Shown here: piece after piece, positions 19,298-28,941 of the stretch | Numbering within the stretch: the stretch's first letter is position 1 | Layout of the letters: every line of letters starts with the position of its first letter | Source of the DNA: Defluviitaleaceae bacterium | GTDB lineage: Bacteria; Bacillota; Clostridia; Lachnospirales; UBA5962 | Direction: 5' to 3' | Length of the DNA stretch: 64,000 nt | Assembly: GCA_009780765.1 (NCBI GenBank) | Contig: WQZK01000001.1 | Coordinates: 7,246 to 71,245 of the forward strand | The notes under the pieces: model-generated | The model's input: the letters and a program-made list of their open reading frames with translations, nothing else | Databases searched by the model: none | Told to the model about the DNA's origin: nothing | Program-made: the position numbers and the translations under genes

Positions 19298-20419
19298 ATG
19301 AAAAAAGTTTTATTTTTAACTAATGTGCCGTCTCCTTATAGGGTGTGTTTTTTTAACGAGTTAGGCAAAGAATGTAATCTTACTGTATTATTTGAATTAA
19401 ATAACAGTAGTGAAAGAAATACTCTTTGGCAAGAATTTAAAGCAGAGAATTATGAAGCCATTTTTCTAAAAGGTAAAAGAACAGATGTAGATAAAGCAAA
19501 GTGCAGAGAAGTTAAAAAATACCTTGTTAAAAAGTGGGATGTTATTATTATTGGTGGTTATTCTAGTCCAACACAACAAATTGCAATAAGATATCTAAAA
19601 CGAAAAAGAATTTCGTTTATACTAAATTCTGATGGAGGAATTATTCCTAAAAAAGAGTTTTTTCTAAAAAAATGGTATAAGCGGTGGATTATAAAAAAAG
19701 CATCGATGTACATAACGACAGGAGAGGCATCAGTTAGGCAGTTAGCATATTATGGGGCGAATCTTCAAAACATTTTTGTATACCCCTTTACTTCTGTTTA
19801 TGAAAATGATATAATAGATTTAGATTTGGTAGATAAAATCGAATTAAAACGAAAGCTAGGAATTGTAGAAGACTTAACAGTAGTTTCGGTTGGTAGTTTT
19901 ATCCATAGAAAAGGTATGGATGTTGTTATAAAAGCGGCAGAGCAGCTAAAGGATAAAAATATAGGCTTTTATATAATAGGTGGTGAGCCGAATGAGGAAC
20001 TTTTGAGTTTGAAAGGCAATAATGAAAAGATTCATTTTGTGTCACATATTTTTAAGGCTGAGTTAATGGATTATTATAAAGCATCCGATATTTTTACCCT
20101 TATGACAAGATATGAAATTTGGGGCTTAGTAATAAATGAAGCATTAGCAAGCGGACTGCCTATTATTACAACTGATATGTGTAACGCAGGATTAGAAATG
20201 ATAAGGAATAATGAAAATGGTTATGTAATTCCTGTAGATAATATCTCTATTTTAGTTCAACAAATTGAAGAAACAATTTTCGATACAGAAAAACTATCAA
20301 AACTGCAACAAAACGCAATCGGAGTTGCTAAACACTACACCTATGAAAAAATGGTATCAAGGCACTTAGAAATTTTTGAAGAGTTTGTCTTTAATAAAAA
20401 ACAACCAAATAAAAAATGA
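19298..20419 (+). CDS. Glycosyltransferase, GT4-like
   Basis: 'VGSFIHRKGMD' and 'EIWGLVINEALASGLPIITT' (E-x7-E). Confidence 0.8.
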   Translation: MKKVLFLTNVPSPYRVCFFNELGKECNLTVLFELNNSSERNTLWQEFKAENYEAIFLKGKRTDVDKAKCREVKKYLVKKWDVIIIGGYSSPTQQIAIRYLKRKRISFILNSDGGIIPKKEFFLKKWYKRWIIKKASMYITTGEASVRQLAYYGANLQNIFVYPFTSVYENDIIDLDLVDKIELKRKLGIVEDLTVVSVGSFIHRKGMDVVIKAAEQLKDKNIGFYIIGGEPNEELLSLKGNNEKIHFVSHIFKAELMDYYKASDIFTLMTRYEIWGLVINEALASGLPIITTDMCNAGLEMIRNNENGYVIPVDNISILVQQIEETIFDTEKLSKLQQNAIGVAKHYTYEKMVSRHLEIFEEFVFNKKQPNKK

Positions 20420-21492
20420 AACGAGTATTATTTATAACAGGAATTGATGTAGCCTCGCCTAATATAAAGGGTGGTGGTGCTATGATAGCTAAACGCAATT
20501 ATGAATTGATTAGTTTGTTTTCTGATGTTACGCTTGTTGCTCCACCTAAAAAAACTAATATTTTAAATAAAATAGGCAAATTTTTATCTTGTCGTATTTG
20601 TTTTACTAATAAAGAGGTAAGAGCTATTTTGCATTTAGCAAAAAGTGGTGATTTTGATATTATTTATTTAGATCAGTCGTTTCATGGCAATTTATTAAAA
20701 AAACTTAAAAATCTAAACGCTAAAAAAATCACTTTTTTTCATAATGTAGAAGTTAAATATTTTAAAGATGTCGAAAAAAAATTAGTTAGAATTGTTAGAA
20801 AAAACGAACAAAGTGCGGTACAATACTCAGATGAAATTATCGTACTTAATAATAGAGATAGATTAGGATTAATAAGAGAATATCCATTAGTAAACACAAA
20901 AAAGATTCATTTTTTACCCATAACTCTAAAAAATACTTTTATCGAAAACGAAAATCAAATTGAGACAGAAGAGGAAAATAATAAAAAAATCGGTTTATTT
21001 TTAGGCTCATTTTTTCCGCCTAATTATAATGGAATTAAGTGGTTTGTAGAGAATGTAGCAGAAAAAACAAATGCGGATTATTACATTGTTGGCAAAGGTT
21101 TTGAAAGCGTTAGAGAAGAGCTTAGCCGAGATAATGTAATAGTAATAGGCGAAACAGATGATGTTGCTAGCTGGTACAAAAAAGTAGATTTTATAGTGTC
21201 ACCAATTTTTGAAGGCAGCGGTATGAAGGTAAAAACTTGTGAAGCCTTAATGTATGGCAAAACAATTTTTGGCACAGACGAAGCATTTGAGGGTTATGAA
21301 TTAGATTTTAATTTAGTGGGTGATTTATGCAATACAACGAATGAATTTGTCGAAAAAATCAATTTCAGGTTAGACAACAACTTGATTCAAAAACAAAATG
21401 GTTATAATAGAGAAGTGTTTTTAACAAAATATGAAGACATTATTGCTATTCAAAAATTTAAAGAAGTTATATTAGATAAGGAGGTTGAGTGA
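20416..21492 (+). CDS. Glycosyltransferase (GT-B fold, divergent)
   Basis: 'GSGMKVKTCEALMYGKTIFGT' C-terminal nucleotide-sugar-binding region. Translationally coupled to its neighbours. Confidence 0.65.
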   Translation: MKRVLFITGIDVASPNIKGGGAMIAKRNYELISLFSDVTLVAPPKKTNILNKIGKFLSCRICFTNKEVRAILHLAKSGDFDIIYLDQSFHGNLLKKLKNLNAKKITFFHNVEVKYFKDVEKKLVRIVRKNEQSAVQYSDEIIVLNNRDRLGLIREYPLVNTKKIHFLPITLKNTFIENENQIETEEENNKKIGLFLGSFFPPNYNGIKWFVENVAEKTNADYYIVGKGFESVREELSRDNVIVIGETDDVASWYKKVDFIVSPIFEGSGMKVKTCEALMYGKTIFGTDEAFEGYELDFNLVGDLCNTTNEFVEKINFRLDNNLIQKQNGYNREVFLTKYEDIIAIQKFKEVILDKEVE

Positions 21493-22684
21493 ATTGCAAA
21501 AAATACTTTTTATCCATAGTAAAATGGGAATGGGTGGACTAGAGCGGGTAATGATAAATTTAATGAAAGCTACTACAGATTTTGAAATTCATCTAGGACT
21601 TTTAGATATAGATAACGGCGAGTTAATAAAAGAAGTTCCTAAAAATGTTACTATAATAAAAATGCCTATTGATAAGCGTTTTTATTATCAATTAGATTCT
21701 ACTATTTCTAATAAACAAGTATTTAAAATAGCCCTTAAAAAAGGACGTTTTATAAAAGCGTTTAGTATTTTTATTAAAAAGATTTTTAACACCTCTATGC
21801 CAAAATCAAGCTCTTGGAAAAAAATAGAGAATTTTCCAAATGAGTATGATATTGTTGTTTGTTATGATTTTAAGCAAACTCCGCTTATGAAATATTGTGC
21901 TACTAAAGTAAACGCTAAGGTAAAAGTAGCTTGGATGCACGATAACTTAGAAGAAACAAAGTATAACCCCAATCATTTTTACAAACTCGCTAAAGATTTT
22001 AGATATGTTTTTGCTAATGGCAGGCATGTTCATAACATAAATGCAAATATTCTAAAAAAACACAGTTCAAAAATAAAAATAATGTATAATATCATTGATT
22101 TTGACAATATGAAAATGCTTGCTAGTAGCATAGATAACTTAAGTTCGATATTTTTAGAAACTCAAGATACAAAAATTATATCTATAGGTGCTTTATCTTA
22201 CGGAAAAGGATATGATATAGCTTTAGATGTAGCAAAACGCTTAAAGGAAGATAAATGTAAATTTAGATGGTTTATTATAGGAGATGGAGATAAAAAAGAA
22301 GAAATAAGGCAAAAAATCATTGAGTATAATCTAGAGAATTATTTTTTTCTTTTAAGCAATCAACTAAATCCATATTCGTATTTAGCCAACTCCGATATTT
22401 TTGTACACTGCTCTCGTCACGAATCATACTGCACAGTTATAAACGAGGCTCGTTTTTTTTGTGTGCCGACAGTAACGACTCTTGTTGGCGGAGTAGATGA
22501 AATGATAGTAGACGGCACAACAGGGCTAATAGCTAAAACAGAGGCAGAGGATATTTATCGAAAAGTTAAATTTTTATTTGAAGAAAATAGAAGAGAAGAA
22601 ATGCGAGCTAATCAAAAGTCTATATTGTTTGAAAATATTGATGCTAATAAGTTATGGCACGATATTTACGAAGGAGAATTGTAA
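21485..22684 (+). CDS. Glycosyltransferase, GT4-like
   Basis: 'KILFIHSKMGMGGLERV' N-terminus and 'HESYCTVINEARFFCVPTVTT'. The start is uncertain: TTG at 21485 or TTG at 21494, after AAGGAGG at 21478-21484. Confidence 0.8.
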   Translation: MSELQKILFIHSKMGMGGLERVMINLMKATTDFEIHLGLLDIDNGELIKEVPKNVTIIKMPIDKRFYYQLDSTISNKQVFKIALKKGRFIKAFSIFIKKIFNTSMPKSSSWKKIENFPNEYDIVVCYDFKQTPLMKYCATKVNAKVKVAWMHDNLEETKYNPNHFYKLAKDFRYVFANGRHVHNINANILKKHSSKIKIMYNIIDFDNMKMLASSIDNLSSIFLETQDTKIISIGALSYGKGYDIALDVAKRLKEDKCKFRWFIIGDGDKKEEIRQKIIEYNLENYFFLLSNQLNPYSYLANSDIFVHCSRHESYCTVINEARFFCVPTVTTLVGGVDEMIVDGTTGLIAKTEAEDIYRKVKFLFEENRREEMRANQKSILFENIDANKLWHDIYEGEL

Positions 22685-23841
22685 TGAAGGTAGTATTTTG
22701 TTCTAATTTTTTAAATCACCATCAATTAAGATTTTGTCAAAAAATGACAGAATTATGTGATTTTACATTTATAGCCGAAAAGCCATCGGAGCAACTTAGG
22801 TTGGATATGGGCTGGCAGGATATGAACAGCTTATATCCGTTTGTACATAGGGCTTATGAAAACGATGAATGTTTTGATAAGGCAATAAGCTTATGTAATA
22901 AAGCCGATATTGTTATAGCGGGCGATTCATCACAAAAGTTTATACAAGATCGTATAAAGCAAAAAAAAATTATTTTTTATGCAGATGAAAGACTTATTAA
23001 AGCTGAGAGCTTATATCGCAAACTTAGAGCAATCGCAAGATATATAATCAAAATAAAAAAAGCACAAAAAAAGCAATATAAAAATCCTAACGCATATTTA
23101 TTAGCGTATGGAGCGTTTGTAAAAAAGGATTACTATAGACAGTTGGGTTTTAGAGGCACAACATTTAAATTGGGATATTTTCCATTTGTAGAAAAACAAA
23201 CGTTGGAATATCTATTAGAGCAAAAAAAATCTGAGAAAATAGAAGTACTGTTTGCCGGTAGACTAATTGATTGGAAGCGTTGCGATTTAGCGATAAAAAC
23301 GGTGGAAAAGGTAAGGCAACAATATAAGAATATTCGATTTAGTATTATAGGCAACGGTAATGAGAATGTGGCTTACTATAAAAAACTAACGGATTATGTG
23401 AAAAATAAAAAACTGGAAAGCCATATAGTATTTTTAGGAATTAAAAAGCCGAGCGAAGTAATAGAGCAAATGCAAAAATCGCATATATTTTTGTTTCCCT
23501 CAAATTCATGTGAAGGCTGGGGATGTGTCCTAAACGAGGCTATGGCGTCAGCTTGTGCTTGTTTAGCAAGCGATAAAATTGGGTCTGTGCCATTTTTATT
23601 AAAAAGCGGAATAAACGGTTTTGTTTTTAAGAATAAATGTAAAAATGATTTTTATATTAAATTTCTACAACTTTTAGATAACGAAAGACTAAGGCAAGAG
23701 ATGAGTGCTAATGCTTATAATACAATTTATAATGAGCAAAATGCCGACATAGCGGCAGAGAGATTAGTAGAGGTTTTTAAAGCTGTATTAAACAATAAAC
23801 CTTTAGATGTTTTTAGCGATGGTATAGCTAGTATACAGTAA
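22684..23841 (+). CDS. Glycosyltransferase, GT1/GT4-like
   Basis: 'CEGWGCVLNEAMASACACLAS'. The ATG at 22684 overlaps the upstream stop (TAATG) and follows AAGGAGAA. The ORF track's 22654 start is less likely. Confidence 0.75.
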   Translation: MKVVFCSNFLNHHQLRFCQKMTELCDFTFIAEKPSEQLRLDMGWQDMNSLYPFVHRAYENDECFDKAISLCNKADIVIAGDSSQKFIQDRIKQKKIIFYADERLIKAESLYRKLRAIARYIIKIKKAQKKQYKNPNAYLLAYGAFVKKDYYRQLGFRGTTFKLGYFPFVEKQTLEYLLEQKKSEKIEVLFAGRLIDWKRCDLAIKTVEKVRQQYKNIRFSIIGNGNENVAYYKKLTDYVKNKKLESHIVFLGIKKPSEVIEQMQKSHIFLFPSNSCEGWGCVLNEAMASACACLASDKIGSVPFLLKSGINGFVFKNKCKNDFYIKFLQLLDNERLRQEMSANAYNTIYNEQNADIAAERLVEVFKAVLNNKPLDVFSDGIASIQ

Positions 23842-23842
23842 A

Positions 23843-25348
23843 ATGACAGAAAATTTAGAACAAAAACCAAGCATTAAAAAAAATGCGATGTACAATATGA
23901 TAATGACAGTTGTAGGTTTACTAGTGCCTATAATTACTTTTCCGTATTTTGCACGCATTTTATTGCCCGAAGGTCTTGGGATAAATAGTTTCTTGACTGG
24001 CTTTGTTGGTTACTTTATTATATTTGCATCTTTAGGCATACCTATATATGCGGTAAGGCAGTGTGCAATGTATCAAAATGATAAGCATAATTTGTCGCAA
24101 AACTTTCAAGAAATCTATATACTTAATGTGGTTTTTGCTATAATTTCATTTTTTACTTTAGTTACAATTAGCTTTTTTATAGAAGAAATTTACCGTCATT
24201 ATTTTTTAATTATATTTATAGCAATAGAAGGTTTTTTAAGGGCGATTAACGCTGTTTGGTTGCTTCAAGCTAAAGAGAAATATAAGTTTTTATCCATAAG
24301 AACAATGATTCTAACTTGCTTGCAGATAGTGTTTTTATTTAGTTTTGTTAGAAGTCCCGAGCATCTATATAGATATGTTTTAATAATAAGTTCTTTGGGA
24401 GTAATTTCTAGTATTGTTTCGATTTTATATGCTAGAAAATTCGTTTCATTTAAAAGGTTGCAAAAATATAACTTTAAGCGGCACCTAAAGCCGATATTTT
24501 TATTTTTATTGCTGGTTTTAGGCGGAAGTGTTATAGCAAACTTAGGAACCGTCATGCTGGGTTTTATGCTAGGCGAAGAATATGTCGGTTTATATAGCGT
24601 TGGTATAAAGATTGCTCGTATGATACTAGTAGGAGTCGCCTCTATTATAACGGTGCTAGTGCCTAGGATCACCTTTTATGTAGAAAATAACAAAGTGGAT
24701 GACTTTAGAAAGCTACTAGCTAGAGCAGTTAATGTTATTTGTATCATAGCGATTCCTATTGTTCTATTTTTAGCGATTTATGCTTACGATATTATATTGC
24801 TTTTATTAGGTTACGAATTTACGGGCTCGGCTATAGTTCTAAGAATAGATGCTGCTATTATTTTTATAGCGACTCTAACAAACATTATTGGACTTCAGTA
24901 TCTAATTCCTTTAAAGAAAGAAAGGTTTGTTATTGTCGTTGTATCTATAGCAGCTGTGATGTGTTTGATACTAAATATTATACTTATTCCGATACTCGGC
25001 ATTATTGGGGCAGCTATTGCTACTCTGATAGCCGAAATTCTTGTTTTGACAGTAGAGTTAATTTATGTTAAAAAGGATGTGTGGTGGTTATTTTCAAAAA
25101 TAAAAATCGCAAGAATCGCAATTTTGCTTGCGATGGCAATAGGATTGATTTTATTATCGCTTTTTGTTAATTTAAGCAGTCTATTTAATTTGTTAATCGG
25201 CGGAGCATTTTTTATGATTTGTATGACATTACTTGTGCTTAATTCGGGCGATGAGTCAATAAAAGCAATGTTAGATAAAGTTTTAAAAAGAAAAAAAGTA
25301 GTGGCAGAAAAAATCGAAGGGGTTAATGATGCCGAAGACAAGGATTAA
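23843..25348 (+). CDS. wzx: Wzx-type oligosaccharide flippase (MOP superfamily)
   Basis: 501 aa with about 12-14 TM helices. The N-terminal 'KKNAMYNMIMTVVGLLVPIITFPYFARILLPEGLG' is typical of polysaccharide-biosynthesis flippases. Confidence 0.8.
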   Translation: MTENLEQKPSIKKNAMYNMIMTVVGLLVPIITFPYFARILLPEGLGINSFLTGFVGYFIIFASLGIPIYAVRQCAMYQNDKHNLSQNFQEIYILNVVFAIISFFTLVTISFFIEEIYRHYFLIIFIAIEGFLRAINAVWLLQAKEKYKFLSIRTMILTCLQIVFLFSFVRSPEHLYRYVLIISSLGVISSIVSILYARKFVSFKRLQKYNFKRHLKPIFLFLLLVLGGSVIANLGTVMLGFMLGEEYVGLYSVGIKIARMILVGVASIITVLVPRITFYVENNKVDDFRKLLARAVNVICIIAIPIVLFLAIYAYDIILLLLGYEFTGSAIVLRIDAAIIFIATLTNIIGLQYLIPLKKERFVIVVVSIAAVMCLILNIILIPILGIIGAAIATLIAEILVLTVELIYVKKDVWWLFSKIKIARIAILLAMAIGLILLSLFVNLSSLFNLLIGGAFFMICMTLLVLNSGDESIKAMLDKVLKRKKVVAEKIEGVNDAEDKD

Positions 25349-26309
25349 TTTCATGAAAAAGAACAATTCAGTTAAAAAAATAAAAATTCAAAAGCAAACT
25401 GAAACGGTGGCTGTAACGATAGATGAATTTTGTAAAAAATTATGTTTAATGCCTATGTATACAGGTAGCAATACGCATTTGCATATCAGTACCAGTAATA
25501 TAAGCCGTCCCGGCTTATTTTTAGCGGGCTTTCACAAGTATTTTGCTTCAGACAGAGTGCAAGTTATCGGTGAGCAAGAAACAGCTTATATTTGTACTTT
25601 GGATAAAGAGCAACGAAAGATAGCGGTTGATGCATTATTTGAGCGTGATATTCCGTGCGTTATACTTTCTAGCGGTCTTGATGCTTGCGAGAAGTTTTTA
25701 TTTGCGGCTCAAAAATATAATAGGGTAGTGCTAGGTAGCCAAGCTAGATCTACAGTACTTTTTAGTGATTTAAGTATGTATCTAAGCGAACTATTAGCAC
25801 CTTCAACTCGAAAACACGGTGTGCTAGTGGATATTTATGGAATGGGTGTTTTAATAGTTGGTAAAAGCGGGGTTGGTAAAAGTGAGACAGTACTAGAGCT
25901 TCTTGGTAGAATGCACAGGCTCGTTGCTGATGATGCGGTAAATATTAAAAGAATTGGCAATAGGTTAGTGGGTAGTAGTCCCGCTACTATTAGGCACTTT
26001 ATGGAAGTGCGAGGTCTTGGAGTTATAGATATTAGCTTGATGTATGGGGCAAGTGCTATAGTGGATGATAAGGAAATTGATTTAGTTATAAATTTGGAGG
26101 ATTGGGATAGCACCAAGGAATACGATAGGCTAGGAGCAACCGAGGAGTATTACGATATTTTAGATATAAATGTACCGATGCAAACCATTCCTGTTAAAAC
26201 AGGCCGCAATGTTGCCGTTATTTTAGAGGTAGCCGTACGCAATTTTAGACTAAAATGTGCCGGACATAATGCGCTGGATGATTTAAAAAGTAGGATAGGG
26301 CTTAAATAA
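25326..26309 (+). CDS. hprK: HPr kinase/phosphorylase
   Basis: P-loop 'GKSGVGKSETVLEL', 'LVADD', 'EVRGLGVIDI'. The start is uncertain (25326 or ATG 25353). Confidence 0.92.
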   Translation: MMPKTRINFMKKNNSVKKIKIQKQTETVAVTIDEFCKKLCLMPMYTGSNTHLHISTSNISRPGLFLAGFHKYFASDRVQVIGEQETAYICTLDKEQRKIAVDALFERDIPCVILSSGLDACEKFLFAAQKYNRVVLGSQARSTVLFSDLSMYLSELLAPSTRKHGVLVDIYGMGVLIVGKSGVGKSETVLELLGRMHRLVADDAVNIKRIGNRLVGSSPATIRHFMEVRGLGVIDISLMYGASAIVDDKEIDLVINLEDWDSTKEYDRLGATEEYYDILDINVPMQTIPVKTGRNVAVILEVAVRNFRLKCAGHNALDDLKSRIGLK

Positions 26310-26659
26310 GAGTGGGAAATTAGAAATGAAAAATAATTTTATTATTTTAGTTAATTTAGATATTTATTGGCAAAGTAACAAATAATCAGTTTGAGTTTTT
26401 TATAGTGCTTATTGGGTTGGTGATTTGACAAATGCAAATTATGTTAGAATGTATAATAAAATTACACGGCAAAAACTTCTTAGAATTGTACTTTGTTTAT
26501 GTTTTTGTAATTGACGAAAATAAAGTAGTGTTGCTAAGAGTTTTAGCTCCATTTTAGCTTTGATACTTTTAGTCTACTTTGCTATAACAAAAATGGCACC
26601 ATAAAGCTAAAATTTATCTTAAATATAATAAAAACAAATTCAGATAAGATAAAAATAAC

Positions 26660-26688
26660 TTGACGGCTAGTGAGATTTTTTTTATACT
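26660..26688 (+). promoter_or_regulatory. Candidate promoter for the downstream membrane protein/asp23/nusB... operon
   Basis: TTGACG (26660-26665), a 17-nt spacer, then TATACT (26683-26688), within a 490-bp AT-rich intergenic region. Confidence 0.5.
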
Positions 26689-26799
26689 TTAAGTAGTTGT
26701 TGCTTAGAAAATTAAGCAAAGGAGTTAATATTGAAAATACTTCGGTAAAAATCATATCAATTAGTTTGTTTTAATGATTTTTGTGTCAAGAATTTTCGG

Positions 26800-27246
26800 A
26801 TGATTATGAATATGGAAAACAGACCAGATAACAGATTAGATACAATGGCAGAAGCATTAGATAATGCCGAGACTGCTTGCGAGAAAAACAAACCAATGAC
26901 ACTTGATGAGTTAATGGCAGTTAAAAAACATCGCACATTAAATGTATGTGTGTTGTTATTTACGGCAGTGTTGGTAATAGTATCTATACTTACATTTTTT
27001 GTAGCATTATTTAATGTAAACTTGGGCAATGCTTACTATATTGCAAGTATGTTTGTGCTGTGTATGTTATTGGCAGCACCGACTCTAAAAGTGTTTTTAG
27101 ATAAATGTACTTGTAGAAATTTACGTATGTTTAATATTATAGCATTAGTAGGAATTTTTGTATCAATTTTAGTTCTTGTTGTTGTTATTAGTTTGTCATA
27201 TGCGTTTCCATGTTGGTTTACAGAATGTAACTACAACAACGGTTAA
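26800..27246 (+). CDS. Hypothetical membrane protein (3 predicted TM helices)
   Basis: Hydrophobic segments VCVLLFTAVLVIVSILTFFVALF, MFVLCMLLAAPTL and IIALVGIFVSILVLVVVISL. No recognisable family. The RBS is weak. Confidence 0.5.
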   Translation: MIMNMENRPDNRLDTMAEALDNAETACEKNKPMTLDELMAVKKHRTLNVCVLLFTAVLVIVSILTFFVALFNVNLGNAYYIASMFVLCMLLAAPTLKVFLDKCTCRNLRMFNIIALVGIFVSILVLVVVISLSYAFPCWFTECNYNNG

Positions 27247-27252
27247 AAATTT

Positions 27253-27642
27253 ATGCCATTAGGAAGTAGATTTAGAGCAAAAAATGCAGGCAAAGTGAAT
27301 TACTCGTTTAAAGTACTTCACAATGTTATATCTTTAGCATCACTTGAGGTAAAAGGTGTTGCCAAGCTAGAAGGGCGGGGAGTTCGCACAGAGGAAGGCT
27401 TAAAAGATTTGTCTGTAGATGTATTTATTTCTGTTGTAAAAGGAATTCGTTGCACAGAGGTTGCTTTTTTGGTGCAAGAAAATGTTAAAAAGGCATTAGA
27501 GACCATGACGGATAAAAAAGTAGGCAGGATAAATGTTCATGTTATGGGAATTGAGGAGCAATGCACAACGCTTTATACACAAATCACAATTGAAAATGGA
27601 GAAGAGCTAACTTCAAAGCAAGAAGAAAAAAATAATGAATAA
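27253..27642 (+). CDS. Asp23/Gls24-family envelope stress protein
   Basis: 'ISLASLEVKGVAKLEGRGV...VDVFISV..G....EVA..VQENVKKALE' matches the Asp23 pattern. Its position upstream of nusB matches Bacillus yqhY. Confidence 0.8.
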   Translation: MPLGSRFRAKNAGKVNYSFKVLHNVISLASLEVKGVAKLEGRGVRTEEGLKDLSVDVFISVVKGIRCTEVAFLVQENVKKALETMTDKKVGRINVHVMGIEEQCTTLYTQITIENGEELTSKQEEKNNE

Positions 27643-28102
27643 CGAAAGCGAAAAAATACAGAAAATGGGAAACGAGATTAAATCTATCAAAAGAAAAACA
27701 GCAAGAGAGTATGCTTTTGCACTTGTTTACGAAAAGTTAATTTCGGGCGAAAGAAATGAGTTTAGTAAATCGGTAGCCAAAGAAAAACTAGAAGGGCAAG
27801 CCGATTTTTTTGATACGCTTTTAAGCACCGTTGATAATAATTTTGATTTTTTACAAAAAACCATTGCCGAATTTTCAACAGGTTTTAAGTTAGAGCGGAT
27901 TTATAAAGTAGATTTAGCACTTTTACTTTTGGCAGTTGGCGAGATTTTGTTTTTAGATGATATTCCCGACTTGGTGGCTCTTAACGAAGCATTAGAGCTA
28001 GCAAAGATGTATTCAAGCGAAAAATCCTCAAAATTTATTCATGGTGTGTTATCAAGCGTTATAGACAAAAAAGAGGAGTTATTAGAGAATTATAAAGTAT
28101 GA
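27635..28102 (+). CDS. nusB: Transcription antitermination factor NusB
   Basis: 'RKTAREYAFALVYE' and 'NEALELAKMYSSEKSSKFIHGVL'. Conserved nusB-folD synteny. Confidence 0.9.
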   Translation: MNNESEKIQKMGNEIKSIKRKTAREYAFALVYEKLISGERNEFSKSVAKEKLEGQADFFDTLLSTVDNNFDFLQKTIAEFSTGFKLERIYKVDLALLLLAVGEILFLDDIPDLVALNEALELAKMYSSEKSSKFIHGVLSSVIDKKEELLENYKV

Positions 28103-28941
28103 ATACAGTAATTATAGACGGCAAGGCGATTGCCCAAAAAATTAAAGAGGAAGTTGCTACTAAAGCAAAGGAATTTATTAGAAAAAAAGCTAGGAGGGTT
28201 TGTCTTGCTGTTGTTTTGGTTGGCAATAATCCTGCTAGCGAGGTTTATGTTAAAAATAAAGTTATGGCGTGTAGCGAGAGTAGCATAAAATCGGTAGAAT
28301 ATAAACTAGATAAGAAGGTTAATAAAAATGACCTTTTATTGCTTATAGAAAAGTTGAATAGCGATAGTAGCGTAGACGGAATTTTGATTCAGTTGCCACT
28401 ACCGAAACACTTAAATGAACAAGAAATTCTGCAAGCGGTAAATTCTAATAAAGATGTCGATGGTTTTACTATGATAAATTCTAGCAAGCTAGCATTAGGT
28501 TTAGATTGTCTAGCACCTTGTACGCCAAGCGGTTGTGTAGAGCTAATAAAATCAACGGGTCAATCAATTGAAGGCAAGCATGCTGTTATAGTGGGGCGGA
28601 GTAACATAGTAGGTAAACCACTAGTACAGATGTTGCTGGCTGAAAACGCTACTGTTACGGTTTGTCATTCTCTCACAAATGATTTAGCTTATCATACTAG
28701 GCAAGCTGACATTTTAATTGTTGCAATAGGTAAAAAAGAATTTATTACAGGCGATATGATTAAGTTTGGCGCAACTGTTATAGATGTGGGGATAAATCGC
28801 TTTGAAGGTAAATTATACGGCGATGTGGAGTTTGATGGGGCGAGTAAAGTAGCAGGGCATATTACACCAGTACCCGGTGGAGTAGGACCGATGACTATTG
28901 CTATGTTATTAAAAAATACGCTAAAAGCTACAAAGTTATAA
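28099..28941 (+). CDS. folD: Bifunctional methylenetetrahydrofolate dehydrogenase/methenyl-THF cyclohydrolase
   Basis: 'VGNNPASEVYVKNK', 'GILIQLPLP', 'DVDGF', 'CTPSG', 'VIVGRSNIVGKP', 'TPVPGGVGPMT'. Confidence 0.97.
   Translation: MNTVIIDGKAIAQKIKEEVATKAKEFIRKKARRVCLAVVLVGNNPASEVYVKNKVMACSESSIKSVEYKLDKKVNKNDLLLLIEKLNSDSSVDGILIQLPLPKHLNEQEILQAVNSNKDVDGFTMINSSKLALGLDCLAPCTPSGCVELIKSTGQSIEGKHAVIVGRSNIVGKPLVQMLLAENATVTVCHSLTNDLAYHTRQADILIVAIGKKEFITGDMIKFGATVIDVGINRFEGKLYGDVEFDGASKVAGHITPVPGGVGPMTIAMLLKNTLKATKL

Noticed and set aside
26551-26613. Inverted repeat ATTTTAGCTTTGAT ... ATAAAGCTAAAAT in the 490-bp intergenic region after hprK, as a possible ncRNA or riboswitch.
   Set aside because: It is an AT-rich, imperfect stem with a long loop and no flanking conserved riboswitch motifs. 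It is indistinguishable from chance pairing in AT-rich DNA.
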